Part shown: positions 28,470 to 36,584 of the stretch, in pieces
Layout of the letters: each line of letters begins with the position of its first letter
Position numbering within the stretch: the stretch's first letter is position 1
Source: a virus
Taxonomy: Duplodnaviria; Heunggongvirae; Uroviricota; Caudoviricetes
DNA length: 36,584 nucleotides
IMG/VR virus record: IMGVR_UViG_2718218304_000003
Direction: 5' to 3' (one strand)
Position numbers and translations under genes: made by a program
Notes under the pieces: model-generated
The model's input: only the letters and a program-made list of their open reading frames with translations
Databases searched by the model: none
What the model was told of the DNA's origin: nothing

Positions 28470-28485
28470 CTGTTTATATTTACAG
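28470..28485 (-). promoter_or_regulatory. LexA operator (SOS box)
   Basis: CTGTTTATATTTACAG = CTGT-N8-ACAG, overlapping a TTTACA / TATACT promoter reading into the 62-aa and DinI-like genes; weaker half-match CTGT-N8-CCAC adjacent at 28455-28470. Confidence 0.6.
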
Positions 28486-28588
28486 TATATAATAATCTTA
28501 CTGATGTAAAACGTTTTTTTACGTTCATCAGCCTGGTATGCCTGGTATGCCTGGTATTATTAAGAGCACGAATTGTTAACCCGCGTAA

Positions 28589-30961
28589 TTAATACAGATC
28601 CCGCCACTTATCATCTTCCTGCAAACGCTGGTTCCGATAGAAGATACGCAGGCCTGCTCCTGACGGAATACTGCCACCGCGAAGGAGTAAATCGACCTCT
28701 TTCTCGCTGCCATCAAATCCTCTGGACTTCAGTTCATAGACGAGCTGCTGTCGCTGATGATCTGTAATTCGCTGTTTGTAGTCTCTACGCCGTTTCGGTT
28801 TCACCAGGCGTAACCTTGCAGCCAGTTCCCGGCGCTCTTTTTTGTTCATACTGTGCAGGTAATCGTGCAATTCCTTGTCATCCATGCGGGTGATATCCGT
28901 TCTGGTATCCCCATCAGCTGATTTGTCTTTCCCTTGTTGGTACAAATTTTCAGCAAGGGGACAGTTATTGCCACGAGTCCAAGGGGCGCAAGCGCCCTGG
29001 TCGGCTGCCGCCTCCTGAACATCAACGGCCTTACGAACCATTTTCCACTTCACGGCATGAGTGCAGATCTTGCCCTCTGCAATAGGTGACCAGATGCCAT
29101 AAATACGAATGCCGTGATCGCCATAGGCGGTCGGCTCTTCGTTGATTTCATAAGCGGTTCTGATGAGGTGATATTTGCGGGGAACCAGTACGCCGCCCTG
29201 CTTCATGATGTAGGTGGCAAAACAACCAGCATCAGCAGCAGCCAGGATGGCATCAAGGCGCGGGTTATCCAGTACCGGCGCACCTGCTTTTTTGTCCCCC
29301 TGTTGCCTTGCCGCCTGACCAGCCAGCAATCGCAGTTCACGGTAAGCCTGACGCCCCGGAATGCCAAAGAAGCGGAATTGCTGAACACGATGCAGAGACG
29401 CCCAGGCATTAACGTATTCAGCATTATCACGCAGGGATTTCCCCGTTTCCTTGCTGATCTCGCCAGCCAGACCACGCCCGTCAATGTTCTTACTGATGTA
29501 TTTCGCGATGTAGCTTGTTGGCGTACCTTTGCGCGGGTTAATCAACTCAGACTTAAAGCGCGGCCCAGTGTTATTGCCCAGTTCCTCGCGGTCTTCACGG
29601 ATGGCAAACTTACGCAGTAATGCAGTGATGGCGCGGCGGTCTTTTTTGCGCATAAAACACAACAGGTGCCAGTGAACTGTACCGTCATGATGCGGCTCAG
29701 CCACCCGCACGCCATACCACCGCAATCCGGCTTTGTGCATCGCCTTACGAAATGCAGCAAACATGCCGACCAGATAATCACTGCTTTGTCTTACCGTCGC
29801 ATTTGTCCAAGTTGGGTTGGGCCTGCCATTATTTAGCGTGGAATGGAAACGTGACGGACAGGTGATGGTGTAGAAAACGGCGCAGTCACCGCGCATTTCC
29901 GCGATAAGCTCCAGGCCTTTAACACAGGCCATCATCTCATTGCGGCGATGCGCAGGGTTGCTGCTGCTGGCGTTTACCACATCCTCCATGTCCAGCGTGT
30001 CGCCGTCTTCGTTCACCAGTTCATGAGAACGAAAAAACTCCAGCGACTTACGGCGCTGCTCGCGTTTATGCATCACGGCTTCATAGCTGACATAGGGAGA
30101 TGCTTTTTTGCTGACCAGGCAGACAGCACGCAACTGCTCTTCCCGCCATTCACAACGCATCTTCCATAATTTCCGGTACCACCAGTCAGCGCACAACATA
30201 CGCGCCAGCGAACCCGGAATGAGTTCATAGGGCACGGGTTTACGGCGGTTTCTTTTCCGGCGGAGTTGCTCAAACGCAGGCGGGATGACATCCAGACGCA
30301 GGGTTTCCGCTGCCACCTTTTCCCATGTCTTGCGGATTTCTTCTGGCTTAACGTCATCGGTGACATACAAATCGCCACAAGCTGCATCAAGGCACATGCT
30401 CATATGCGCAGCTACCAGGGTGGACAGGCGTTTCACCTGATCCTGACTCATTTCAGGCAGGATCAGCAGGCCGTCCAGCCCTTCATGGCTTGCCATAAAG
30501 CGAAAAGAAGTGGATAGCTGACAGTCGCGTACATGCTCCAGCCGTTCCAGACATGGCTTAATCGTTTCACGCAAATAGCGGGAATAAGCCTTTGGCCTGC
30601 CCAGGCTGCTGAAGTATTCAATACGTTGCATCAGTGGCTTGCTGATATGGGAAGGCTGGGCATTGACGTCCGCCAGAATGACCATATCTGGATTAAAACG
30701 CTGCTGCTCATGCGCCAGCTTTGCCCGACTAATGAGCTTATCCTGCTCCATTTCGCGCTGGACAGGATCACGGGATTCATTAAAGAAATAACGCTCCCAG
30801 ACCTGATCACTCAGTGCCTCGCGGCGCAGCTGTTCCTGCTCGTTATCGGCAGCGTACAGAGCGATCAGGTTTGAAAGCGCAGAAACTGAAGATTGCTCTT
30901 CTGTCTCTACGTAAGGATTGATTGCTTTTTTCTCAGCATTCCAGGAATAGCTGTAGTTCAT
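28589..30961 (-). CDS. A: replication initiation endonuclease gpA (rolling-circle)
   Basis: Conserved P2 A motifs [12 protein letters not shown] and [12 protein letters not shown]; start moved to the ATG whose A is shared with the upstream TAA stop, giving 790 aa. Confidence 0.9.
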   Translation of the reverse strand: MNYSYSWNAEKKAINPYVETEEQSSVSALSNLIALYAADNEQEQLRREALSDQVWERYFFNESRDPVQREMEQDKLISRAKLAHEQQRFNPDMVILADVNAQPSHISKPLMQRIEYFSSLGRPKAYSRYLRETIKPCLERLEHVRDCQLSTSFRFMASHEGLDGLLILPEMSQDQVKRLSTLVAAHMSMCLDAACGDLYVTDDVKPEEIRKTWEKVAAETLRLDVIPPAFEQLRRKRNRRKPVPYELIPGSLARMLCADWWYRKLWKMRCEWREEQLRAVCLVSKKASPYVSYEAVMHKREQRRKSLEFFRSHELVNEDGDTLDMEDVVNASSSNPAHRRNEMMACVKGLELIAEMRGDCAVFYTITCPSRFHSTLNNGRPNPTWTNATVRQSSDYLVGMFAAFRKAMHKAGLRWYGVRVAEPHHDGTVHWHLLCFMRKKDRRAITALLRKFAIREDREELGNNTGPRFKSELINPRKGTPTSYIAKYISKNIDGRGLAGEISKETGKSLRDNAEYVNAWASLHRVQQFRFFGIPGRQAYRELRLLAGQAARQQGDKKAGAPVLDNPRLDAILAAADAGCFATYIMKQGGVLVPRKYHLIRTAYEINEEPTAYGDHGIRIYGIWSPIAEGKICTHAVKWKMVRKAVDVQEAAADQGACAPWTRGNNCPLAENLYQQGKDKSADGDTRTDITRMDDKELHDYLHSMNKKERRELAARLRLVKPKRRRDYKQRITDHQRQQLVYELKSRGFDGSEKEVDLLLRGGSIPSGAGLRIFYRNQRLQEDDKWRDLY

Positions 30962-31791
30962 TACGCAATCTCCAGTTCGAGCTGTGAAGGCTGCAAACCA
31001 TTCGACAGCCAATCAGAAACTGAAGGTGGGCGAACAGCTTCAATTGCACCTTTTAAAATTGCGCAACGGTTTTTCAGAATGACAGCTTTCAGCTCCTTTT
31101 CCGTCAGATTGCGCGAATACTCAGCCTCCTGAATAGCCCGCGTCAGCTCAGGATATTTGCTATTAAATTTGGGGACATTGCAGGCAAGATTTGTACTGTC
31201 GGCAGTCGCCAGTGGGTAATTTCCCAACACACGACCGTCAAGCATGCGCAAACCATGAACAGCTGTTTTGAAATTGTGTCGGCAATAAATTGCTTCAAAA
31301 GCGTCCTGCATACGACGATGCCAGTGCGCAGTTCTGATAGCCGCATATTCACCAGACGATCCAAAGCAGACACGAGGCCATTCACGACATAGCTCGATAA
31401 GCCGATCGATTGACTCGTGCAGATGCCAGACGGGAGTTGCCTTCCCGTAGAACATTTTCGGAACTTCGTTTATCAGGGCATCATTGTCACGTTCACCTCC
31501 GTCCACAACATCAGGAATGACAAAAAAAGCGACCTTAGGATGGTGGTAATAGTTCAGGAGCCATTTATAAAAATCACTCCAGTTAATTTTTAGCCCACGC
31601 ACCCATGCAGAAAATGCGCCGTTATCAATGCCGACGACCTGAGCGTGCTGAATGGACGCCGCAATCTGATCTGGTCGTACATAGGAGACGAAAGCGCCAG
31701 CTCCGCTCACCGCAATACGATGAACGTCGCCAGCACTTCCCCAGACAGGCGTCCCATGGAAATGATGAATTCCGTGGTGCATTTCTTTCAC
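30961..31791 (-). CDS. hypothetical protein coupled between dam and A
   Basis: 276-aa ORF (GTG at 31791 or ATG at 31782); overlaps dam stop and A start; no family recognised. Confidence 0.65.
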   Translation of the reverse strand: MKEMHHGIHHFHGTPVWGSAGDVHRIAVSGAGAFVSYVRPDQIAASIQHAQVVGIDNGAFSAWVRGLKINWSDFYKWLLNYYHHPKVAFFVIPDVVDGGERDNDALINEVPKMFYGKATPVWHLHESIDRLIELCREWPRVCFGSSGEYAAIRTAHWHRRMQDAFEAIYCRHNFKTAVHGLRMLDGRVLGNYPLATADSTNLACNVPKFNSKYPELTRAIQEAEYSRNLTEKELKAVILKNRCAILKGAIEAVRPPSVSDWLSNGLQPSQLELEIA

Positions 31792-32642
31792 ACTTGCACC
31801 CCGAAAATAACAGTAGAGTCACGTCCCCTACTAAAATCGGCACTAAACCAATTAGCAGATTTAGTGGCAATCATCTCTGTTGCAAATTTTCCCTCCCCCG
31901 CTGCAACGCCGATGCTGCGTTTCGCCCTGATGTAGTGGTGAGTGAAATTACGATAAAGGGACCGGGTCAAAGACGTGTTACTGTTAGAAACAATGACCGG
32001 ATGTCCTTCTGATGACCGATGTTCAAGAATGGATGCCAGGTGATACTGATCATCTTCAGTGAAACCATCAGTGTGATAGCCGGAAAACGTACCGTCATAA
32101 GGCGGATCGCAATACACCACATCCCCCACCTTCAACATCGCCAGCGTTTCATCAAAGCTGGCGCAGATAAACGTTGCCCGCTGGGCTTTCTCTGCAAATG
32201 CGCGAATTTCTTTTTCAGGGAAATACGGATTTTTATAATTACCGTAGGGAATGTTGAAATGCCCGCTCTTGTTATAGCGACATAAACCACGGTAACCGTG
32301 ACGATTGAGATACAGGAAATATACCGCTTTCATGAAATCAGTAATTTCAGTGGAGTAATTAAACTCCTGCCTTATGTTGTAATAAGCCACCTCCCTGTTT
32401 GCTTCCTCAAATAAAGCTCTGGCACGAGATATAAACGCCTCACAATCAGCAGCAACCTTTTTATAGAGGTTGATTAAATCAGGATTAATATCCGCAACAA
32501 GATAGCTGGGGTAATCCGTCTCCATCATCACTGCACAGGAACCCGCGAAAGGTTCAACCAGTCGCGGGCCAGCAGGAAGATGCTTTTTCAGTTCGGACAT
32601 TATGGCGGTTTTATTTCCTGCCCATTTCAGGATGGTGCTCAT
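31788..32642 (-). CDS. dam: DNA adenine methyltransferase (Dam family)
   Basis: LKWAGNK, EPFAGS and DPPY motifs; collinear with E. coli Dam; start moved to internal Met preceded by SD GGAGGTG, overlapping upstream stop (ATGA). Confidence 0.9.
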   Translation of the reverse strand: MSTILKWAGNKTAIMSELKKHLPAGPRLVEPFAGSCAVMMETDYPSYLVADINPDLINLYKKVAADCEAFISRARALFEEANREVAYYNIRQEFNYSTEITDFMKAVYFLYLNRHGYRGLCRYNKSGHFNIPYGNYKNPYFPEKEIRAFAEKAQRATFICASFDETLAMLKVGDVVYCDPPYDGTFSGYHTDGFTEDDQYHLASILEHRSSEGHPVIVSNSNTSLTRSLYRNFTHHYIRAKRSIGVAAGEGKFATEMIATKSANWFSADFSRGRDSTVIFGVQV

Positions 32643-32866
32643 ACAGCACCTCCGTTGTAATGTTTGCCTTTCAGCTCTGCGATTTCCTGACAGGTAATGC
32701 AAAGCTGCACACCCGGAATGGCACGGCGGCGTGCTGGCGGAATTGGCGCTTCACACTCAACGCAAAGCACGCGGGACACGCCCGGCGTTTTGGCACGGGC
32801 AGCACGGATATGGCGTTGGCGTTCTTCTTCAACGCGCTGCTGTACGAGATCCATTGCATCAGCCAT
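32639..32866 (-). CDS. TraR/DksA-family C4 zinc-finger protein
   Basis: 75 aa with CVEC...CITC four-cysteine finger. Confidence 0.7.
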   Translation of the reverse strand: MADAMDLVQQRVEEERQRHIRAARAKTPGVSRVLCVECEAPIPPARRRAIPGVQLCITCQEIAELKGKHYNGGAV

Positions 32867-33105
32867 CAGTGGATCTCCTGCGCTTCGTTCTGGATTGCTT
32901 CAGCAGTCACACGCAGCAGTTCTGCCGCTTCGACGTGGTTTAGCTGGCGGGAGGTGATATGACACGCCAGGCTATCGAGGCGAGCAGCCATTGCTTCAGC
33001 CCTTGCCCGGCGTTCTTCCAGACGAGCCTCTGTCAGTAAAAGATTAAGGCCTGCATCATCCGGTCCGGTTTTGGTCGTGAGGGTTTCAATATTACGCATA
33101 AGCAA
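32866..33105 (-). CDS. hypothetical protein
   Basis: 79-aa ORF in the early operon, coupled to the downstream gene; no family recognised. Confidence 0.5.
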   Translation of the reverse strand: MLMRNIETLTTKTGPDDAGLNLLLTEARLEERRARAEAMAARLDSLACHITSRQLNHVEAAELLRVTAEAIQNEAQEIH

Positions 33106-33166
33106 TTCTCCTGAATTTAGATAAAGGGATGCCCGGCGGGTTTACGCCATTAATTTCATTAGTTGG

Positions 33167-33508
33167 TTAATTCGGCATGGTTAGCCGTCTGGGAAATAAG
33201 CTCACCACTGCACGAAAATGATTCATTGCTTTAATCAACTCCCGCTTTTCGTCAGTGGTCAGCTCATTAATGCTGATGCTATGACGTTCAGCTGGAATTT
33301 TTGCCATAAAGAATATGGCAGCCAGTGCCCGTTTATTTTGTTCATTATTGATATCCCGAGGATCACGCATATCTTTAATAAACCGCTCAAGCTCTGACTC
33401 AATATTCAAACCAAAAACTTTCGCCCTTAACTCCGCAATATGATTAAGTCCATTCAGGCGTTCACCGGGTCTTAATGGAACAGTCGCCGCAGCGCCTTCA
33501 ATAGCCAT
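33167..33508 (-). CDS. hypothetical protein
   Basis: 113-aa ORF in the early operon. Confidence 0.5.
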   Translation of the reverse strand: MAIEGAAATVPLRPGERLNGLNHIAELRAKVFGLNIESELERFIKDMRDPRDINNEQNKRALAAIFFMAKIPAERHSISINELTTDEKRELIKAMNHFRAVVSLFPRRLTMPN

Positions 33509-33672
33509 TTGTTCCCCCGTTTTTTCGTAGATAGTTCTGCCAGCAATTCATCTTGTGAACGGCACGGATGCCAGCGTTTACCATCCTCACCCATGATCCA
33601 GCCGTGACCGTAGTGCATTGCCGGACTTTGTTTTACCAGCAGCGATGCAAATGATGGTTCTTTCGTCAGCAT
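33472..33672 (-). CDS. hypothetical small protein
   Basis: 66 aa from internal Met; directly downstream of cII; start and reality uncertain. Confidence 0.35.
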   Translation of the reverse strand: MLTKEPSFASLLVKQSPAMHYGHGWIMGEDGKRWHPCRSQDELLAELSTKKRGNKWLLKALRRLFH

Positions 33673-33679
33673 AAGCACC

Positions 33680-34189
33680 TCACAGCAAACCGAATGAAGC
33701 ACCGAGGCCAGTCACGGTATCAACTGCACTCGCCATCGCAGGATTAGCCTGTAAACGGGCCTGCAATGAAACAGCAGCCAGCGCCATCAGTCGTGTAACA
33801 GAGTTAATGCTGCTGATCGCATCACGACGGCCTGCACTGGTTTTTACATCGCCAGAAACCGCACCTGCCGCGACACGCCCTATCTCTGCAGTTGCACTCA
33901 TGACGTAATGCGGCAGTTTCTCTTTTGCCACCTCATTAATCGGTACACATGGCAGGCAGTGAATCTGTGCCAGAAAGCCATCTACCAGCGTTGAATCTTC
34001 AGTCAGATCGGTAAGCAACCAGATTTCTGGTGCGGTTAATAAATGAGGTTGAGCTGGGTTCAGCTTGTTCCGCAGAATCTGCACATTCATGCCTGCACGT
34101 TCTGCCAGTTGCACTAGGTTGTGGCGCAATGCGAATGCACGACAGGCTTCATCAAAATGTGGATGTTTGGAAACTTGGTAATCAAACAT
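33680..34189 (-). CDS. cII: CII-like transcriptional activator (phage 186 type)
   Basis: 169 aa from [11 protein letters not shown], matching my recollection of 186 CII length and N-terminus; follows apl. Confidence 0.65.
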   Translation of the reverse strand: MFDYQVSKHPHFDEACRAFALRHNLVQLAERAGMNVQILRNKLNPAQPHLLTAPEIWLLTDLTEDSTLVDGFLAQIHCLPCVPINEVAKEKLPHYVMSATAEIGRVAAGAVSGDVKTSAGRRDAISSINSVTRLMALAAVSLQARLQANPAMASAVDTVTGLGASFGLL

Positions 34190-34221
34190 GGTCAATGCCT
34201 CTGATGTATTTCAGAATCGAA

Positions 34222-34443
34222 CTAATTAAGGTTTAGATTGCATTCTGAAAGCGCATCAACGGTCATGGCTGCTATGTTGATCATCACTTTTTCACGTTTT
34301 TTATCTTTGCGCAGACGGTGACGGATAAGGCGTCCGTCAGCCAACATGTCATTGATGGTATCGATGGACAGCCCTGTCAGCTCGCTATAGCGTTCAATAG
34401 TCACATGAGGCGTGGTAAGAGTGATTGAAATGTTAGGTCTCAT
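34222..34443 (-). CDS. apl: Apl/Cox-like excisionase and switch regulator
   Basis: 73-aa basic protein, first gene of the early operon, divergent from cI. Confidence 0.55.
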   Translation of the reverse strand: MRPNISITLTTPHVTIERYSELTGLSIDTINDMLADGRLIRHRLRKDKKREKVMINIAAMTVDALSECNLNLN

Positions 34444-34568
34444 GATGCAACATTCCTCGTTTAATGATGATTAATCAGGACGAATACGGATCGTTTGTAT
34501 TTTGTGAACACCATAAACATACGATCGCACAGTGAAATCGTCAAGATAAAAGTTCACTTGGAGTGACC
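34444..34568. promoter_or_regulatory. lysis-lysogeny switch region
   Basis: 125-bp divergent intergenic region between apl and cI with repeated GTGAA/TTCAC motifs; operators not resolved. Confidence 0.4.
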
Positions 34569-35138
34569 ATGAATTTGGAGAAAGGCGGACGAGGCGCTAT
34601 AGAGCGCATGGTAGAAGCTTATGGATTCAAAACTCGACAGGCGTTGTGCGATCATTTAGGAATCTCTAAAAGTACACTCGCCACACGCTACATGCGTGAC
34701 TCATTCCCAGCAGAATGGGTAATCCAGTGCGCCCTTGAAACGGGCACCTCGCTTAATTGGCTCACAACCGGACATGGTTCAAAGCAAACTTCAGGTAATA
34801 CAAATACTATGGAAGTTGCTAAATATGTATTATCTGATGGTGCCTTGCGTGAAGACGGTTTTTATATTTTTGATAAGGGATTTCTACCCTCTACGTTTAA
34901 AAAACCTTTTGTCATCACAGATAACAATTCTGAATTTATTTGTGATAAAGAATTTGATGATATACGTGACGGTAAATGGGTAATAAGTATTGATGGCGAA
35001 ATAACAATCCGCGACATTACTCGTTTACCCGGTGGAAGAATCTTCGTTGAAGGTGGAAACAGAGCCTTCGAGTGCAAGATAGAAGATGTTGAAATAATTG
35101 GGAAAATTATAAGTTTAACAATTAAGTACGTTAGGTAA
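34569..35138 (+). CDS. cI: CI-like immunity repressor (phage 186 type)
   Basis: 189 aa from ATG preceded by SD GGAG (ORF track starts at GTG 34563); N-terminal HTH-like domain; length close to 186 CI; AT-rich C-terminal half. Confidence 0.7.
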   Translation: MNLEKGGRGAIERMVEAYGFKTRQALCDHLGISKSTLATRYMRDSFPAEWVIQCALETGTSLNWLTTGHGSKQTSGNTNTMEVAKYVLSDGALREDGFYIFDKGFLPSTFKKPFVITDNNSEFICDKEFDDIRDGKWVISIDGEITIRDITRLPGGRIFVEGGNRAFECKIEDVEIIGKIISLTIKYVR

Positions 35139-35153
35139 TACCGGGAGGAAACT

Positions 35154-35345
35154 ATGCTTGGTAAGGTATTTTTTGTGGTTTTATCATGCTCTTTGTTATT
35201 AAACCCACTAACTACCTATGCTAAAAATTATCCTTGTTCTGGGAAAAAGGGAGGTGTCTCTCACTGTACCTCCGATGGAAAGTTCGTTTGCAATGATGGA
35301 ACTATTAGTAAATCAAAAAAAATCTGTACTAAAAACTCGCGATAA
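35154..35345 (+). CDS. small secreted cysteine-rich peptide (moron candidate)
   Basis: 63 aa; strong SD GGGAGGA; signal peptide then ~40-aa Lys-rich mature part with 4 Cys; AT-rich. Confidence 0.55.
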   Translation: MLGKVFFVVLSCSLLLNPLTTYAKNYPCSGKKGGVSHCTSDGKFVCNDGTISKSKKICTKNSR

Positions 35346-35453
35346 ATTTTGCTTTTATATCTGCGCCTAATATAACAATGAGCCGCAGGCTAACCGCAAA
35401 AGTCACATACTCACATAGCAAAAAATAGCCAACTTCATTATGGCTTCAGTGAG

Positions 35454-36584
35454 ATGTATGGTCGCAGGATTTCATACATTGACACTGGTTATATATACAG
35501 TAAAAATGTTCTCTATTGGAGGGCATTTTTTATGGCAGTACGAAAACTCACCACAGGAAAATGGCTTTGCGAATGTTACCCCGCCGGACGTAGTGGGCGT
35601 CGTGTGCGTAAACAATTCGCCACCAAAGGCGAAGCTCTGGCTTTTGAGCGCCATACGATGGAAGAAACCGAAGCAAAGCCCTGGCTGGGAGAATCAGTGG
35701 ATCGTCGAACACTGAAAGACGTGGTTGAGCTATGGTTCAAACTACATGGTAAATCTCTAACCGCTGGGCAGCATGTCTATGATAAATTGCTGTTGATGGT
35801 TGACGCTCTGGGCAATCCCCTTGCAACCGATCTCACCTCTAAAATGTTTGCCCACTATCGAGATAAACGCCTGACAGGTGAGATCTACTTCAGCGAGAAA
35901 TGGAAGAAAGGAGCAAGCCCGGTCACCATTAACCTGGAGCAAAGCTATCTAAGTAGTGTTTTTAGCGAACTATCCCGCCTGGGCGAATGGTCGTATCCAA
36001 ACCCACTGGAGAACATGCGAAAATTCACCATCGCAGAAAAAGAGATGGCATGGCTTACCCATGAGCAGATTGTTGAACTGCTGGCTGATTGCAAACGTCA
36101 GGACCCAATTCTGGCACTGGTAGTCAAGATATGCTTAAGCACAGGCGCACGCTGGCGAGAAGCAATAAACCTTACCCGATCACAGGTGACTAAATACCGA
36201 ATTACCTTTGTAAGAACGAAGGGGAAGAAAAACAGAAGCATCCCTATCAGTAAAGAGCTTTATGAAGAGATCATGGCGCTTGATGGGTTCAATTTCTTCA
36301 CAGACTGCTATTTTCAATTTTTATCCGTGATGGAAAAAACGTCAATCGTGCTCCCTCGCGGTCAACTGACACACGTTCTGCGCCATACGTTTGCGGCGCA
36401 TTTCATGATGTCGGGTGGAAATATCCTTGCTTTGCAAAAAATCCTCGGACATCACGATATAAAAATGACTATGCGTTACGCTCATCTGGCACCGGATCAT
36501 CTGGAAACGGCGCTCCGTTTCAATCCTCTGGCAACGCTGCCAAGTGGCGACAAAGTGGCGGCAGCGGTTGGCATTACCCCGTAA
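35454..36584 (+). CDS. int: tyrosine integrase (P2/186 family)
   Basis: C-terminal catalytic region with R...HxxR...Y (VLRHTFAAHF, MRYAHL); true start probably the internal MAVRKL near 35532; stop is the last codon of the window. Confidence 0.9.
   Translation: MYGRRISYIDTGYIYSKNVLYWRAFFMAVRKLTTGKWLCECYPAGRSGRRVRKQFATKGEALAFERHTMEETEAKPWLGESVDRRTLKDVVELWFKLHGKSLTAGQHVYDKLLLMVDALGNPLATDLTSKMFAHYRDKRLTGEIYFSEKWKKGASPVTINLEQSYLSSVFSELSRLGEWSYPNPLENMRKFTIAEKEMAWLTHEQIVELLADCKRQDPILALVVKICLSTGARWREAINLTRSQVTKYRITFVRTKGKKNRSIPISKELYEEIMALDGFNFFTDCYFQFLSVMEKTSIVLPRGQLTHVLRHTFAAHFMMSGGNILALQKILGHHDIKMTMRYAHLAPDHLETALRFNPLATLPSGDKVAAAVGITP

Larger units (their letters stand above)
2700..36584. mobile_element. 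P2/186-family prophage, apparently complete, truncated by window end at int stop
   Basis: Full P2-type late gene set in conserved order plus 186-type cII/apl/cI/int; left boundary somewhere in 2621-2855, right boundary beyond window. Confidence 0.85.

Noticed and set aside
35440-35715. 91-aa ORF overlapping the start of the integrase gene
   Set aside because: Alternative frame across the integrase 5' region; the integrase frame carries the conserved family sequence. My base-by-base reading and the ORF track differ by one position in this stretch, so exact starts here carry about 1 nt of uncertainty.
1-36584. CRISPR arrays, tRNA/rRNA genes, insertion sequences
   Set aside because: No regularly spaced direct repeats, no cloverleaf-like candidates at the junction, no transposase-like ORFs or terminal inverted repeats were seen.

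Overview
The window opens with about 2.6 kb of E. coli-type chromosome (grxA, ybjM, ybjL); the rest, from about 2.7 kb to the last base, is one apparently complete P2/186-family myovirus prophage. Its left end (attR) lies just downstream of ybjL; the window ends exactly at the integrase stop codon, so attL is not visible. Gene order on this strand: ogr/B-like late activator; tail genes D-U-T-E/E+E'-FII-FI; a Gin/Cin/Pin-type serine invertase with a ~1.5 kb invertible tail-fibre segment; H-I-J-W-V; S-R; lysis cassette; X-L-M-N-O; terminase P and portal Q; an AT-rich accessory island; replication initiator A; an unknown gene; dam; TraR/DksA-like; small unknowns; then a 186-type immunity region (cII, apl, cI, small secreted peptide, int). 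The main hunt result is the accessory island between Q and A, the slot that carries tin/old in P2 and is a known defence hotspot. It holds a PIN-like single gene and a translationally coupled soluble-protein + 4-TM-protein operon, neither of which I can assign to a named family, plus a LexA-box-controlled DinI-like module. All calls rest on reading the supplied ORF translations and the DNA directly; no database search was possible. Coordinates follow the ORF track; a few starts were moved to internal Met codons and are flagged.
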